64,000 nt of DNA from an uncultured virus (IMG/VR IMGVR_UViG_3300020367_000005) (taxonomy: Duplodnaviria > Heunggongvirae > Uroviricota > Caudoviricetes > Kyanoviridae), in IMG/VR virus record IMGVR_UViG_3300020367_000005, one strand, 5' to 3'. The stretch's first letter is position 1. Each line of letters opens with the position of its first letter. Below are positions 44,714-55,002 of the stretch, in pieces. The position numbers and the translations under genes are program-made. Under the pieces are notes generated by a model. That model was given only the letters and a program-made list of their open reading frames with translations, had not been told where the DNA came from and did no database searches.

Positions 44714-47036
44714 TACAAGCCTCACATTCTTCTTGATCTGCATTCGCTAGCTCATCTAACAATGCATTGATATCATTACCAGACGTAGGTTGAAACTCAT
44801 GCCATCCTATTGGATGTGCTGGCTCATCTACATCCTTCTTAGCATCATATGTATTCTGATAATATGATGTCTTCCAACCTAACTTATAGGTTGTTAACAA
44901 ATCATTCGCCATGACAGACACAGGGACTTCATTATTAGGATAATTCTCTGGATTGTAACTCCAGTTACCACTAATAGCTTGGTCAAAGAACTTCTGCATC
45001 ACTGCTACTATATTAATATACCCTTCGTTACTAGGCATATCCCATAGCAATGTGTAGTCATTCTTTAGAGACTGGTAGGATGGTACAATCTGCTTAAGAG
45101 GTCCCTTCTTTGATTTTTTAACGGACAAGTAGTCTCTAGGTGGCTCGATTCCATTGGTTGCATTTGACACAACGGAGCTGCTCTCCGAAGGCATCTGTGC
45201 GGACAATGTTGAGTGCCTAAGACCGTGGGTGGTGATAGATACTCTAAGAGATTCCCAATCATGTGTTAAGTTATTCTGTACGATGTTATCTACGTCTCTC
45301 TTATATGTATCTATTGGTAGTATGCCATCGTGATACTTTGTACGTGAAAAGTTACCACATGCTCCCTTCTCTATTGCTAATTGATTAGATGCTTTAAGGA
45401 GATAGTATTGGAATGATTCTGTTAGGTCATGGACTAACTGCCATGCTTCTGGGTCAGCATAGTTAACTTTATTCTTAGCAAGATAATGTGCTAAACCTAT
45501 GAACCCTATACCTAATGAGCGACGTGCTAAGGTGCTTACCTCTGCTGCTTTAACAGGGTATCTCTGATAGTCTATTAGTTCTTCTAATGCTCTAACAGAT
45601 AGATCACATAACTCTTCAAGTTGATCTGTGTTTGTAATCTTACCTACGTTGATAGCAGATAGAATACACAAAGCAATCTCTCCATTACCATCATCTATAT
45701 GATGAATAGGTTCTGTAGGTAGAGTAATCTCCTGACAAAGGTTACTCATGTATACATGGTCCTTAAAGGATGAGTGCTCATTGCAGTGGTCAATATTCAT
45801 AATGTATATACGACCTGTCTCTGCTCTCTCCTTCAATAGGTCAAGGAATAACTCCTGCCCACCGATAGTGTTACGAGGAATGCTCTCATCCGATTCATAC
45901 TTTAAGTATAACTCATTAAAATCTTTTGTACCAAAACTATCATACAACCCTGGCACATCATGAGGAGAAAAAAGACTAATCTCCTTGTCGTCAATGAATC
46001 TTTGATAGAATAATTCACTTATCTGTATACTATAATCTAACTTTCTGACTCTGTTGTCTTCTGTTCCTTTGTTGTTTTTGAGGACGAGGATGTCTTCGAT
46101 TTCTTGATGCCAGATAGGAAAGTGGACAGTAGCTGACCCTCCTCGGACACCGTTTTGAGTACAGCACCTAACAGTTGACTCGAATTTTTTAAGGAAGGGG
46201 ACAACACCTGTGTGTTGAACTTCTCCACCCCTGATTTTAGATCCGATTCCACGGATTCTACCTGCGTTAATACCGATACCAGCCCTCTGTGCGACATATT
46301 TGCCAATAGCCATATCACTGCTAAAGATACTATCGAGGGTGTCATCAGTATCAACCAAAACACAAGATGCAAATTGACGAATGGGTGTTCTGACCCCTGC
46401 CATGACTGGTGTTGGGATGTTGATTTTGTGCTTGCTGATTGCGTCATAATACTTTTTAACGTAGGAAATCCTAGTTTCGATGGAATAGTTTTGGAATAGA
46501 GTAGCAGCAATCATAATATACATCTGCTGTGGAGTCTCATAGATCTCCCCACTACTTCTATCTTGTACAAGATATTTATCTACCACCTGACGGAGACCCG
46601 CATAGGTAAATAAGTAATCCCTGTCATAGTCTATGTAATTATTAATATCATCCCACTCCTCAGGACTATACTGAGTTGCAATAGCAGGATCATATACACC
46701 TTGCTTGATACAATTCTCAATGTGTATTGAAAGGTGTGGTGGATGGTCAGGATGTCCATGATAAACTCCCTTCCTTAATCCAAATAGAAGAAGTCTAGCA
46801 GCAACGAATTGATAGTTAGGATTCTCCAACGTAATCAAATCATTAGCAGAACGAATAAGAATCTCTTGGATATCCTTAGTCTCAATTCCATCAAAGAATT
46901 GTAAATTTGCATTCATTTCTACTTGTGATTCAGACACACCTGCTAATCCATGGCAAGCATGTTCTACAATATGATGAACCCTGTCCAAATCTAAAGGTGC
47001 GGCTTCACCATTTCTTTTGATAACGCTACTGGTCAT
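44706..47036 (-). CDS. nrdA: Ribonucleotide reductase class Ia alpha subunit
   Basis: ATP cone, QFASCVL, SNLCQEI, MPSESSS, C-terminal CEAC; start refined. Confidence 0.98.
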   Translation of the reverse strand: MTSSVIKRNGEAAPLDLDRVHHIVEHACHGLAGVSESQVEMNANLQFFDGIETKDIQEILIRSANDLITLENPNYQFVAARLLLFGLRKGVYHGHPDHPPHLSIHIENCIKQGVYDPAIATQYSPEEWDDINNYIDYDRDYLFTYAGLRQVVDKYLVQDRSSGEIYETPQQMYIMIAATLFQNYSIETRISYVKKYYDAISKHKINIPTPVMAGVRTPIRQFASCVLVDTDDTLDSIFSSDMAIGKYVAQRAGIGINAGRIRGIGSKIRGGEVQHTGVVPFLKKFESTVRCCTQNGVRGGSATVHFPIWHQEIEDILVLKNNKGTEDNRVRKLDYSIQISELFYQRFIDDKEISLFSPHDVPGLYDSFGTKDFNELYLKYESDESIPRNTIGGQELFLDLLKERAETGRIYIMNIDHCNEHSSFKDHVYMSNLCQEITLPTEPIHHIDDGNGEIALCILSAINVGKITNTDQLEELCDLSVRALEELIDYQRYPVKAAEVSTLARRSLGIGFIGLAHYLAKNKVNYADPEAWQLVHDLTESFQYYLLKASNQLAIEKGACGNFSRTKYHDGILPIDTYKRDVDNIVQNNLTHDWESLRVSITTHGLRHSTLSAQMPSESSSVVSNATNGIEPPRDYLSVKKSKKGPLKQIVPSYQSLKNDYTLLWDMPSNEGYINIVAVMQKFFDQAISGNWSYNPENYPNNEVPVSVMANDLLTTYKLGWKTSYYQNTYDAKKDVDEPAHPIGWHEFQPTSGNDINALLDELANADQEECEACNV

Positions 47037-48022
47037 ACTTTTTTCCAATCGGTTAATTTTATTTTTGCTTGTAATCCTTGGTAGATGTTACTGTCTACCA
47101 ACTGTTGTACATTATATCCCTTGAGAAACATATCATTAATGTCTTTCTCTTTCATAGACTTAGGCCAAATAACTACCTTGTCTCCTCTGTCGATGGACTT
47201 GTCGAGTCTGTCGATGATTTGTCTGTTACGAGGTTCGTTATCATAAACCCAAATATAATTGCCCCAACCAAACGTCCTGCAATCAATATCACTCCCAGCC
47301 ATCGCAATGGAATTGTCCAAGAAGAGGGAATCAAACGGTCCCTCCACGACGTAAACTGGTTCGGTTTCTTTAACATTATTAAGTCCAAATACTTTCTGCT
47401 TGTCTTCGTCAAACAGAATGGTTATGTATCTCATCGTAGTGTTAGGTAGGAGAGACCTACCTTGCACACCAAACCACTTACCATCCTTACCTATTAATGG
47501 AATTATGATGCGTGGTCTATCATTCTGGAGACTCTGAAATGTACCTGGTTTCTTCTTGTTAATCCAAGTCTTGAACCTTTCCGTGTAGAATAATGAGGAC
47601 AACTTTTCTTGTGGGATCTGTCTCTCCTCAAGATATATTCTTGCGGGGTGTTTTCTATTTAGTTTGTCAATAGACTCTAAGTCAGGTGAAAAGTTAGGCT
47701 TAGCTGACTTGTACTTAGGGTTAGGTGTGTGCCTACCTTTTCCTGTCATGCCTTGCCTATATTTCTCCATGACAAACTGGTCATGTAAGTCTGGTGCATG
47801 ATCTTTCAAGAAGTTACCAAGTGATCTACCTACACCACAGTTGTGACATTTGTAAATGTATTCTGACTTCTTGAGAAAAAAATACCCCCGAGCCTTATTG
47901 CGATGCTTCTGAGAATCACCACAGTAGGGACAACGGAAGTTGTATACTCCAGATTTTAGGTTTTTAAACTTGTCTAACCTCGTGTTGAGGAATCTAATAT
48001 ATTTGTCCTCAACGTAGTCCAT
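47033..48022 (-). CDS. gp61: DNA primase
   Basis: CPYCGDS...CHNC zinc finger; VEGPFDS and DNE...KDIND TOPRIM motifs. Confidence 0.96.
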   Translation of the reverse strand: MDYVEDKYIRFLNTRLDKFKNLKSGVYNFRCPYCGDSQKHRNKARGYFFLKKSEYIYKCHNCGVGRSLGNFLKDHAPDLHDQFVMEKYRQGMTGKGRHTPNPKYKSAKPNFSPDLESIDKLNRKHPARIYLEERQIPQEKLSSLFYTERFKTWINKKKPGTFQSLQNDRPRIIIPLIGKDGKWFGVQGRSLLPNTTMRYITILFDEDKQKVFGLNNVKETEPVYVVEGPFDSLFLDNSIAMAGSDIDCRTFGWGNYIWVYDNEPRNRQIIDRLDKSIDRGDKVVIWPKSMKEKDINDMFLKGYNVQQLVDSNIYQGLQAKIKLTDWKKV

Positions 48023-48405
48023 TCAGGGTTCCTAACTGAATCAAGTGTAGCAGCTTGCTCTGAACCTGTCAAGCTCTGTATTACTTTTTGTCCGATTGGA
48101 CTAACGATGACAGATATAACAGACAGAGCACCAAAAATAGACCACATTTTCTTTTCCATCGTGCGAAGACGGTCATCGACCTTTCTGATGTCCCTCTCGC
48201 ATCCTTTTTTGATCTCATCTGATCTCCTGTTAACCTCTCTATGGACTGACTCTATCTTCTCAAAGAGTACAGCATCTATTCTATCTTGCTTCTCTAGTTT
48301 CTCGTTGTGAACAGCAAGTAACTCCCCCATCTTGGTGGAGTTGTCAGATAATTTATCAACGACCCTTTCCAGTCGCTCTAGTATTGCTGCATTAATCTCA
48401 CTCAT
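47974..48405 (-). CDS. Coiled-coil protein with C-terminal TM helix
   Basis: LAVHNEKL...LRTMEKKMWSIFGALSVI; start refined. Confidence 0.65.
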   Translation of the reverse strand: MSEINAAILERLERVVDKLSDNSTKMGELLAVHNEKLEKQDRIDAVLFEKIESVHREVNRRSDEIKKGCERDIRKVDDRLRTMEKKMWSIFGALSVISVIVSPIGQKVIQSLTGSEQAATLDSVRNPEWTTLRTNILDSSTRG

Positions 48406-48836
48406 TGGTTTGTCAGTGCCTGTTGTCTCTTCTTCCAGTACCACTGAATAACCTCATTGGGATAAAGTCTCTTGACTTTTATCTTCTTATGATTCTCTGG
48501 TCTGTAAATCTTTCTAAGTTGAATCTTAATCTCTGCTACGCTTCTACCATATAGCACATAGGATTCAGCATCATCATATGAAATTAAAAAAGGCAGGTAA
48601 GAATCTCTTCCTGTCCTCTCCTCACGTCCCTCTGCTACAGCACGTGGGTTCTCATGTTTTGGTGGATGATATGGTTTTCTAGCTGACTCTGGTTCCTTCC
48701 TCTTATACTTACGTCTCTTTATCTTTTTAGTACCACCCAGAATAGGATCAAAACCCGCAACAGGACCAGTGGCAGCAGCAGATCCAGAGAATCCACCAGT
48801 ACCAGCACTCATTGTTGGGGCATCTTCCTTAATCAT
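48402..48836 (-). CDS. Hypothetical protein, possible internal head protein
   Basis: MIKEDAPTMSAGTGGF...VAGFDP. Confidence 0.6.
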   Translation of the reverse strand: MIKEDAPTMSAGTGGFSGSAAATGPVAGFDPILGGTKKIKRRKYKRKEPESARKPYHPPKHENPRAVAEGREERTGRDSYLPFLISYDDAESYVLYGRSVAEIKIQLRKIYRPENHKKIKVKRLYPNEVIQWYWKKRQQALTNQ

Positions 48837-49201
48837 ATGCTTTCTAAGAGAGAAGAGACTTCTTCATCTGTATCAACAGTCCCTAGTGCACCATGGTACT
48901 CAGGTAATCGGTTGAGATATATCAAGAAGGTTTTAATAAGAGACCAATACTCTCTTTCTAACTTATACATTAGTAAAGGTATGGTCGCATCACCAAAAAC
49001 ATTAAACAATATAATAAGATGATTCAATATGAGGTTCACTCGGAGGATACCTGTTTTTAAATACCTCTTGAGTAATCTCTTGAGGTATTTAAACTTCTTC
49101 ATATCCTCCATGAAGTCATCTACTGTCACCGATTGAGGGTTATCGTAGTGCTTAATAGCGAACATCAAATAGTTTTTTTCATTAAGTGATTCAAAATGCA
49201 T
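48833..49201 (-). CDS. Conserved T4-like marine phage protein
   Basis: FAIKHYDNP...KYLKRLL...LNHLIILFNVF. Confidence 0.7.
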   Translation of the reverse strand: MHFESLNEKNYLMFAIKHYDNPQSVTVDDFMEDMKKFKYLKRLLKRYLKTGILRVNLILNHLIILFNVFGDATIPLLMYKLEREYWSLIKTFLIYLNRLPEYHGALGTVDTDEEVSSLLESI

Positions 49202-49218
49202 TACGAATTATTTAATTA

Positions 49219-50040
49219 CTAACTACCGAATGTAAGTGTGGCAGCTCCGTTTGTTCTCTTGGTTTCAGCACCCTTGCTTGTGTTAATAACACAGCGATAC
49301 TTGTAACCGTCTAGTGCATCAGATGCTAGTCCACTGTAAGCAAGTGTTGCTGTAGTGAAGTTTGCATATGTAATACCTGTGTCAAGTGAAGCACTTACAT
49401 TTACCCAACGAGTAGTAGCACTTGCTGTCTGTCTCTGCCACTGGTATGTGATAGTACCTGACTGATCCACTGTTGCAGCAGCAACGAATGTTCCAGCTCC
49501 ACTAGAAGAAGTAGAGTTTGCAGGTTGTGTACCAACTGTGATGACTTCTAATACGTCTGCTACGACTGTATCATCAGTGAAGTCTCCTGCATTACCAGCT
49601 GTTGCTTTAGCAGGTGCAAGATATTCTGCCTTGTGACGTGTGTCACCGTTATGTGTTACATAAGTTTGATACTGCCACCAACCAGGACCAGTGATTCCTC
49701 TTGTCTTGTTTGATGCTATTGATTGCTCTGTAGTATCAACGAATACTAGGTCATAACTTACACTATCACCACCCTTAACTACATACTCAGCAACTGCCTT
49801 AGGAGCAGTACGTCTAACAGCACCTGCAAGAGATCCTGCTGTGCTACCTGCATATACTTTATGTAATTCGATTGATGTTGTACTTGTTACTTCCTTTACA
49901 AGATAGTTAACGCTATCTAAGACTATGATGTCTCCTACGTCGATGCTATCAGCTGCATTCTTGGTAACAGTAGCATCACCATTCGTGACAGCAACAGTAT
50001 TGCCAAACGTAGCAGCGTCTATTGTACCAAAGACTGCCAT
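49219..50040 (-). CDS. Virion structural protein with C-terminal Ig-like domain
   Basis: ITYQWQ...DGYKYRCVI...AATLT; TATAAATA at 50080-50073. Confidence 0.7.
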   Translation of the reverse strand: MAVFGTIDAATFGNTVAVTNGDATVTKNAADSIDVGDIIVLDSVNYLVKEVTSTTSIELHKVYAGSTAGSLAGAVRRTAPKAVAEYVVKGGDSVSYDLVFVDTTEQSIASNKTRGITGPGWWQYQTYVTHNGDTRHKAEYLAPAKATAGNAGDFTDDTVVADVLEVITVGTQPANSTSSSGAGTFVAAATVDQSGTITYQWQRQTASATTRWVNVSASLDTGITYANFTTATLAYSGLASDALDGYKYRCVINTSKGAETKRTNGAATLTFGS

Positions 50041-50072
50041 TTTAATTCTCCGTGGACGGGTTTCCTATATTT

Positions 50073-50080
50073 TATTTATA
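50073..50080 (-). promoter_or_regulatory. Late promoter TATAAATA
   Basis: Exact consensus upstream of the Ig-domain gene. Confidence 0.7.
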
Positions 50081-50083
50081 AAC

Positions 50084-50269
50084 TCAGGAAAGTAGTGCCT
50101 TCTCTAGAGCAGCGACAAGTTGATCGTCAACTTTGTTGCCTGATTTGGCAGCAGCTTTCTTAAGCAATGCAATAACGAACTCCTTGATTTTATCCTCAAG
50201 GTCTTCGGGGATTTTGTCTACTGCCTTATCAATTATATTGATAGCAATAGGTAGTAAGAATTTAGTCAT
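50084..50269 (-). CDS. Small amphipathic protein
   Basis: ORF track. Confidence 0.65.
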   Translation of the reverse strand: MTKFLLPIAINIIDKAVDKIPEDLEDKIKEFVIALLKKAAAKSGNKVDDQLVAALEKALLS

Positions 50270-50299
50270 AATAATGACGAGTATAGTACTCTATATATA

Positions 50300-50668
50300 C
50301 TACTTTTTCTCTAGCATATACTTACTATCGTGGTCAGCAGTTAGCTGGAGCAGACGCTGACGCATTCTCTCAGCAATCTCTGCCTTAACACCACTGTCAT
50401 CATGGTCCTCACATGTAGGGTTTTGTGGTTGCACATCTCCCCCTTGAGGATCTTCCTTCTTAAGTGCCTTCTTTTCTTTTTGCTTTGTTTCGTTTGCTGC
50501 GGTCACTGCTTTCTCTTTAATATCTTGCAGTGCGTTGCGTAAATTCTTTGTGTATAATTCGGACATTAGATCCTCCTTTTTTGGGTTAACTGTAACGTTA
50601 CCCTTCTTTTTAGTTTTGAGATAGTTTTCCTGATTGGACTTACCGTTTTGGTTGACTTCATTAATCAT
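50300..50668 (-). CDS. Hypothetical protein, possible internal head protein
   Basis: Charged, low complexity. Confidence 0.6.
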   Translation of the reverse strand: MINEVNQNGKSNQENYLKTKKKGNVTVNPKKEDLMSELYTKNLRNALQDIKEKAVTAANETKQKEKKALKKEDPQGGDVQPQNPTCEDHDDSGVKAEIAERMRQRLLQLTADHDSKYMLEKK

Positions 50669-51255
50669 TTGTCAACCTCCGCTAAACGAGCCAGTTCCTC
50701 ATCGGAGAAGATACCTGTCTCCTTAAGTTTAGACACGAAGCCTTCTTTCTTTACTTCGTGCTTCTCATAGCCCTTACCATCTCCATCATCATCCCACCAT
50801 CTCTTCACTTTCTTGCCCTTCTTGGCTTCGGCAAGCATTTGTCTGTGAAGTATTTCGATGTCTATACCAATAGATTCTTTCTGAGTCTGCAAGCCCATAT
50901 CCTCTGGTGCTTTAGCAGTTTTCTCTCCTTTTTTGCCGACGATAATGTAACGTCCGTCAGCTTTCTTACCACTGATAACGAAAGCGTTGTTACCATGTCT
51001 GACTACACGACCAATGTTACGGTCCTTGTCATGCTCACGCTTCTTTCTATCAATGAGTTCTCTTTCAATAGGGAATCCTGCGTAACCTTCTACGATAGGC
51101 TCCCAAGTGTTTAAGACTTCCATAATTTTCTCAAGTCCCTTCTTAAGTCTAGGGGTTGGCATCTCTTTGCCTTCCTCTAATGCTATAAGGATTCTCTGCT
51201 GCTCTACCTGTGAATACTCCATAAGAGCAGACGATACTAACATCTCTAATGTCAT
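50665..51255 (-). CDS. Hypothetical protein, possible internal head protein
   Basis: Charged; WWDDDGDG motif; several xxE-G/A/S sites. Confidence 0.6.
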   Translation of the reverse strand: MTLEMLVSSALMEYSQVEQQRILIALEEGKEMPTPRLKKGLEKIMEVLNTWEPIVEGYAGFPIERELIDRKKREHDKDRNIGRVVRHGNNAFVISGKKADGRYIIVGKKGEKTAKAPEDMGLQTQKESIGIDIEILHRQMLAEAKKGKKVKRWWDDDGDGKGYEKHEVKKEGFVSKLKETGIFSDEELARLAEVDK

Positions 51256-51296
51256 TTGTCTTGTTCCAAAAAGAAAGGTTTGTCTTCTACGTGATA

Positions 51297-52376
51297 TTAT
51301 TTATTATTTCTGATTTCTGCATTGAAGTCAGAAAACTTCTTGACCCCCTGACCAGGTGTCATCTGTTGCAGTGCTATCCTATATGTATCTGTTCCGATTT
51401 TCCAAGTGTTTCCACTCTCATCATCAGCAGAATAGTTAGACTGGTCTTTAGATGTGTCAGCTGCCCTAGCAATGGTCGCTGCTTCATCCTCTGTTACCTC
51501 AGTAACATGTTGTAACCAAGCACGTAACTCAATATCTTTGTCGTCTTTCATAATTATATAATTTGTACCACGATGGACTACATGACCACGCAATCCTGTG
51601 TCGTCATGCTCTACTAATGCTCCAACCTTATAGATTTGATTAAGCATATAGTAATCTCTGAAGGAATCATAATCTAACTTAGGAGCATAGTCCCAGACAG
51701 ATTCTTTAACCTTCTTCTTACCGTCCTTCTTAGGAGGTGTCATACCTGCCTTTACATCAGACATTAAGATTTTACCATACTTCTTACTGGTACCTTTAGG
51801 TAGACCTGCATGGAAGTTATCGTAATCGTCACCAGATGCATGCTTCCTCTGTCCAGATGCACTCAGTTTCTCAACTGGATCCTCTGACTTAGGGTCTCTC
51901 TTACCTGCTGACTTAATATTAATTGTTTTGAAGTTGTAATGTATTCCGTTATATTTTGATGTAATCTTTTCAAATTCTTTTACTCTATCGTCTCCTACCA
52001 CCATAGTTACATGCTCTTTACCCTCATCATTGATGTCACGTAAGATGTCAAAGACATTCCTATGTGCTTCATTGTTTTGGATAGCATCCTTATGACTAGG
52101 AAATAACTTCCTCATGTGTCCAACCTTTTGGTCAGCACCTAGGGGGTTTTTCTTATGGTCCTGTGACCGTGACGGATAGATTCTATAATTGCCTGAGTCT
52201 CCACCATGTGCCTTAACAGCATCGAGGAGTTTACCATGGCCAGCGTGAGGAGGATTAAACCTACCGAAAGTAATCGCCACATGATTGTCAGCCTCCTGTG
52301 CTTCTGCTTTCTTTTCAGCAGCAGTCTTTCCAGGCTTCTTAGTGGTTGCTTCTTTTAAAAATTGTGTAAAATTCAT
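51297..52376 (-). CDS. HIGH-superfamily nucleotidyltransferase (cytidylyltransferase/NMNAT-like)
   Basis: TFGRFNPPHAGH (HIGH), VVGDDR, LSASGQR (KMSKS-like); start refined to the ATGA overlap. Confidence 0.85.
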   Translation of the reverse strand: MNFTQFLKEATTKKPGKTAAEKKAEAQEADNHVAITFGRFNPPHAGHGKLLDAVKAHGGDSGNYRIYPSRSQDHKKNPLGADQKVGHMRKLFPSHKDAIQNNEAHRNVFDILRDINDEGKEHVTMVVGDDRVKEFEKITSKYNGIHYNFKTINIKSAGKRDPKSEDPVEKLSASGQRKHASGDDYDNFHAGLPKGTSKKYGKILMSDVKAGMTPPKKDGKKKVKESVWDYAPKLDYDSFRDYYMLNQIYKVGALVEHDDTGLRGHVVHRGTNYIIMKDDKDIELRAWLQHVTEVTEDEAATIARAADTSKDQSNYSADDESGNTWKIGTDTYRIALQQMTPGQGVKKFSDFNAEIRNNK

Positions 52377-53563
52377 CCCCAATCCTTTGCTGCGGTAAAG
52401 TTGGCACGACTAAATTCAAGTCTGTCAACTAATTTCAATGCGGTTCCCTCTCTGATTGCTACAAATCCCTCAGGTGTAGTAGCACGGTAACCATTTTCAT
52501 CTTCCAAGAAGGTACCTATTCCTTCTATCTTATTCAATTTATTTATGATAATAAGTTTGGCATCCATCAGATTCCTAAACCCACTGAGGGCAGAATACAT
52601 TGGACTCTTACTTTTATTTAGGTAATTTATAGCTTTGTTCCTTCTTTCCTGCCACATTTTCTTTGCCTTATCTGTCTTCTTCTTATTGATCTCAGCATTG
52701 TATCTTTCATCTACGAAGTGACAGAATCCTTTGGCCATCGTAGCAGAGGAAGGTGGTATTCTATTCTCTTTGATTACTCTGTTGAAGTATATCTTAAACA
52801 GGGCATTATGGGCAAACGTGCCACGCTCTTCTTTGATATCATTCAAGAATTTCTGACCTGCTCTTAGATTCCTATCGGCAGATGCTACTAGGGTCTTAAG
52901 TTTTGCTTTCTCAGAGGTACCAAGGTTTGCTTTACCATCTATATTCTGGAAGTCTGAAGAGAATACTGCAACGTCCTTAACACCCTGCAAACCCTTCACA
53001 TCAGCACCAAAAGAGGCATGCATCTCAGTGATACTATCACCATGATATGTGGTGTGGAATACTATACCTAACTTACTTTGTCCTACCTTCTTACCCATCT
53101 CAGTATCTGATTCCACACAGTATGTAATGGTATTTGGTTTAAACTTATAACATTTCTTACCACACATCTGTACCACCATTGGTACGTCAAAATATAATAA
53201 GTCACCTTGTAACACACCATCTATAGGTAGTTTAGATAACTCATTGAGACACTTCTTAAGTATATTATTGATAGCACCTTCATAATGATAGTCTATATTC
53301 TCTTCATTGAAACAAATCTTAGGGGTAGTCTTATTGAATACTGACTTAGTGCCAACGAAAAACATCCCTGTCTGAGGTTCCTTACCACATATAATAGCAG
53401 GTGCACCATCCCACTTCACGGTCACCCTAGTATTGGTACCACCGTGACCAGTAGATAGCATCTCCTCTAATGACTTGAGGAAGTTAATTGAATTCTTTGC
53501 ACCCGCATACCCCTGATTAAATATATCATCTTCAAGGTGCTCAAGGTGTGTGTTCTTTGCCAT
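52373..53563 (-). CDS. ATP-dependent ligase-like covalent nucleotidyltransferase (DUF6267-like)
   Basis: VKWDG (motif I), LQGDLL (III), PEGFV (IV), ALKLV (V). Confidence 0.6.
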   Translation of the reverse strand: MAKNTHLEHLEDDIFNQGYAGAKNSINFLKSLEEMLSTGHGGTNTRVTVKWDGAPAIICGKEPQTGMFFVGTKSVFNKTTPKICFNEENIDYHYEGAINNILKKCLNELSKLPIDGVLQGDLLYFDVPMVVQMCGKKCYKFKPNTITYCVESDTEMGKKVGQSKLGIVFHTTYHGDSITEMHASFGADVKGLQGVKDVAVFSSDFQNIDGKANLGTSEKAKLKTLVASADRNLRAGQKFLNDIKEERGTFAHNALFKIYFNRVIKENRIPPSSATMAKGFCHFVDERYNAEINKKKTDKAKKMWQERRNKAINYLNKSKSPMYSALSGFRNLMDAKLIIINKLNKIEGIGTFLEDENGYRATTPEGFVAIREGTALKLVDRLEFSRANFTAAKDWG

Positions 53564-53608
53564 GTCTTTATTATAGCAGGTTAGTGTGGGTAATGGGTGG
53601 ATGAGTGG

Positions 53609-54952
53609 TCAGTTTGAGTACGGGACCATGGTCTCTAAGAATTTCTTAAATTCCTTGGTCATACCTGCAAAGAACTGAGGATAGGCAGTGAAACTACCCT
53701 TGTATCTCAATTCAATATCAAGTATAGGCATTCTATCCTTACTCTCAGCACCCTTAACAACAGTAAAGAATACCTTTGCTGCTTCTCTACCTGGACTAAA
53801 TGTCTCTGTCTTATTTAATTCTATAGTAGTCTTAGCATTACGATATGCTGCTATAGCAACTATAATACTATCTAAATCAACTACATTAGCATGTCCTACC
53901 AGTGGTTCCATGTTATTACCAACAGTTCCAACACCTTCTGTCAGATAAAATTTAAATTCTGCGTCACCCCAAGTGTCCAACTCATCTAAGAGACTTAACT
54001 TTAACACCCTATTTAATAGAGTGGATGCTAGTTTATCTTTGACCTTAGGTTTATTCATTATATCTAAGAAACCCTTATACAATGGGTTCAATATATTACC
54101 CTGACTGACTAGCTTACTGTTAACAAACTTCCTAAACTCTTCTTGCTTACCAGTTGAATCTATTTTTCGTACCAAACCATCTCTGTCTGCTAACTCATTC
54201 TCAGACTTAAGGTTTATCAATGCAATATTTTCTACCTTATTATTCTTTACTCTTGGGACTCTTATATTCCATAACTCCTTAGCATCAGCAAGGTTATCTG
54301 GATTCAAATCAGCGATAGACTTACCACCCTTATCATACTTGGTAGCAAACCCCTTCAATAACTTAGGGTCATCACATGCTTCCTTGATAACACCCGCAAA
54401 GAATTTAATCCTATGGTCATCCAACATATCCTTTGCAAACTTCAAGTCATCACCCTCAACATACTGTGAGAATGCGTTGTTGATAAGGGTGGGACTTGCT
54501 GACTGTGACTTGGGTTTCTTCTTTAAAGATATACCATGATACTCACTACCAAACTGTAAGATAACGTCAGATGAATTATAATCTTTCATCCCAAACGCTT
54601 CTATCTTAAACTTCTCCACGTTTGGATGCCACTTGTTACCTGTCAGGTATACATTATCTGGTATAGAATCTTTTTTATTTCTAGCACCAAGTATAGCAGA
54701 CAATGCTGCTGCTAGGTCAGCATAAATTGCTTTCTGTTTTGCTGCTGTCGCTGAATCAATATCAGTGGCAGCAATCATACCATTCTTTGTCTTTTCGTCT
54801 GAAGCATCTAACACTTTTGGACCTGCTAGATTATCTCTAGCAGTCTTCATCAATTTCTCAAAGCAAATTTTATTATCCTTTGCTGCATCTAATACATTAT
54901 GTGGAACCAACGCTAGACCTGCAAACAATCCTTCCGACGGTTCGTAAGCCAT
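53609..54952 (-). CDS. Putative PD-(D/E)XK-type nuclease
   Basis: N-terminal E, SSDVILQ...GISLKK active-site-like pattern. Confidence 0.45.
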   Translation of the reverse strand: MAYEPSEGLFAGLALVPHNVLDAAKDNKICFEKLMKTARDNLAGPKVLDASDEKTKNGMIAATDIDSATAAKQKAIYADLAAALSAILGARNKKDSIPDNVYLTGNKWHPNVEKFKIEAFGMKDYNSSDVILQFGSEYHGISLKKKPKSQSASPTLINNAFSQYVEGDDLKFAKDMLDDHRIKFFAGVIKEACDDPKLLKGFATKYDKGGKSIADLNPDNLADAKELWNIRVPRVKNNKVENIALINLKSENELADRDGLVRKIDSTGKQEEFRKFVNSKLVSQGNILNPLYKGFLDIMNKPKVKDKLASTLLNRVLKLSLLDELDTWGDAEFKFYLTEGVGTVGNNMEPLVGHANVVDLDSIIVAIAAYRNAKTTIELNKTETFSPGREAAKVFFTVVKGAESKDRMPILDIELRYKGSFTAYPQFFAGMTKEFKKFLETMVPYSN

Positions 54953-54982
54953 AAAAATAGAGGGTATCTCTACCCTCTATTT
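54953..54982 (-). terminator. Intrinsic terminator after the manA RNA
   Basis: AATAGAGGGTA-GAGA-TACCCTCTATT-TTT; overlaps CTAAATA. Confidence 0.7.
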
Positions 54983-55002
54983 AGTCTCTCTTGTGTGTGG
55001 GT

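Noticed and set aside
46037..46510. 157-aa same-strand alternative frame within nrdA (also 56782-57105 within gp41)
   Set aside because: Ser/Leu-rich off-frame translation typical of codon bias, with no initiation signal
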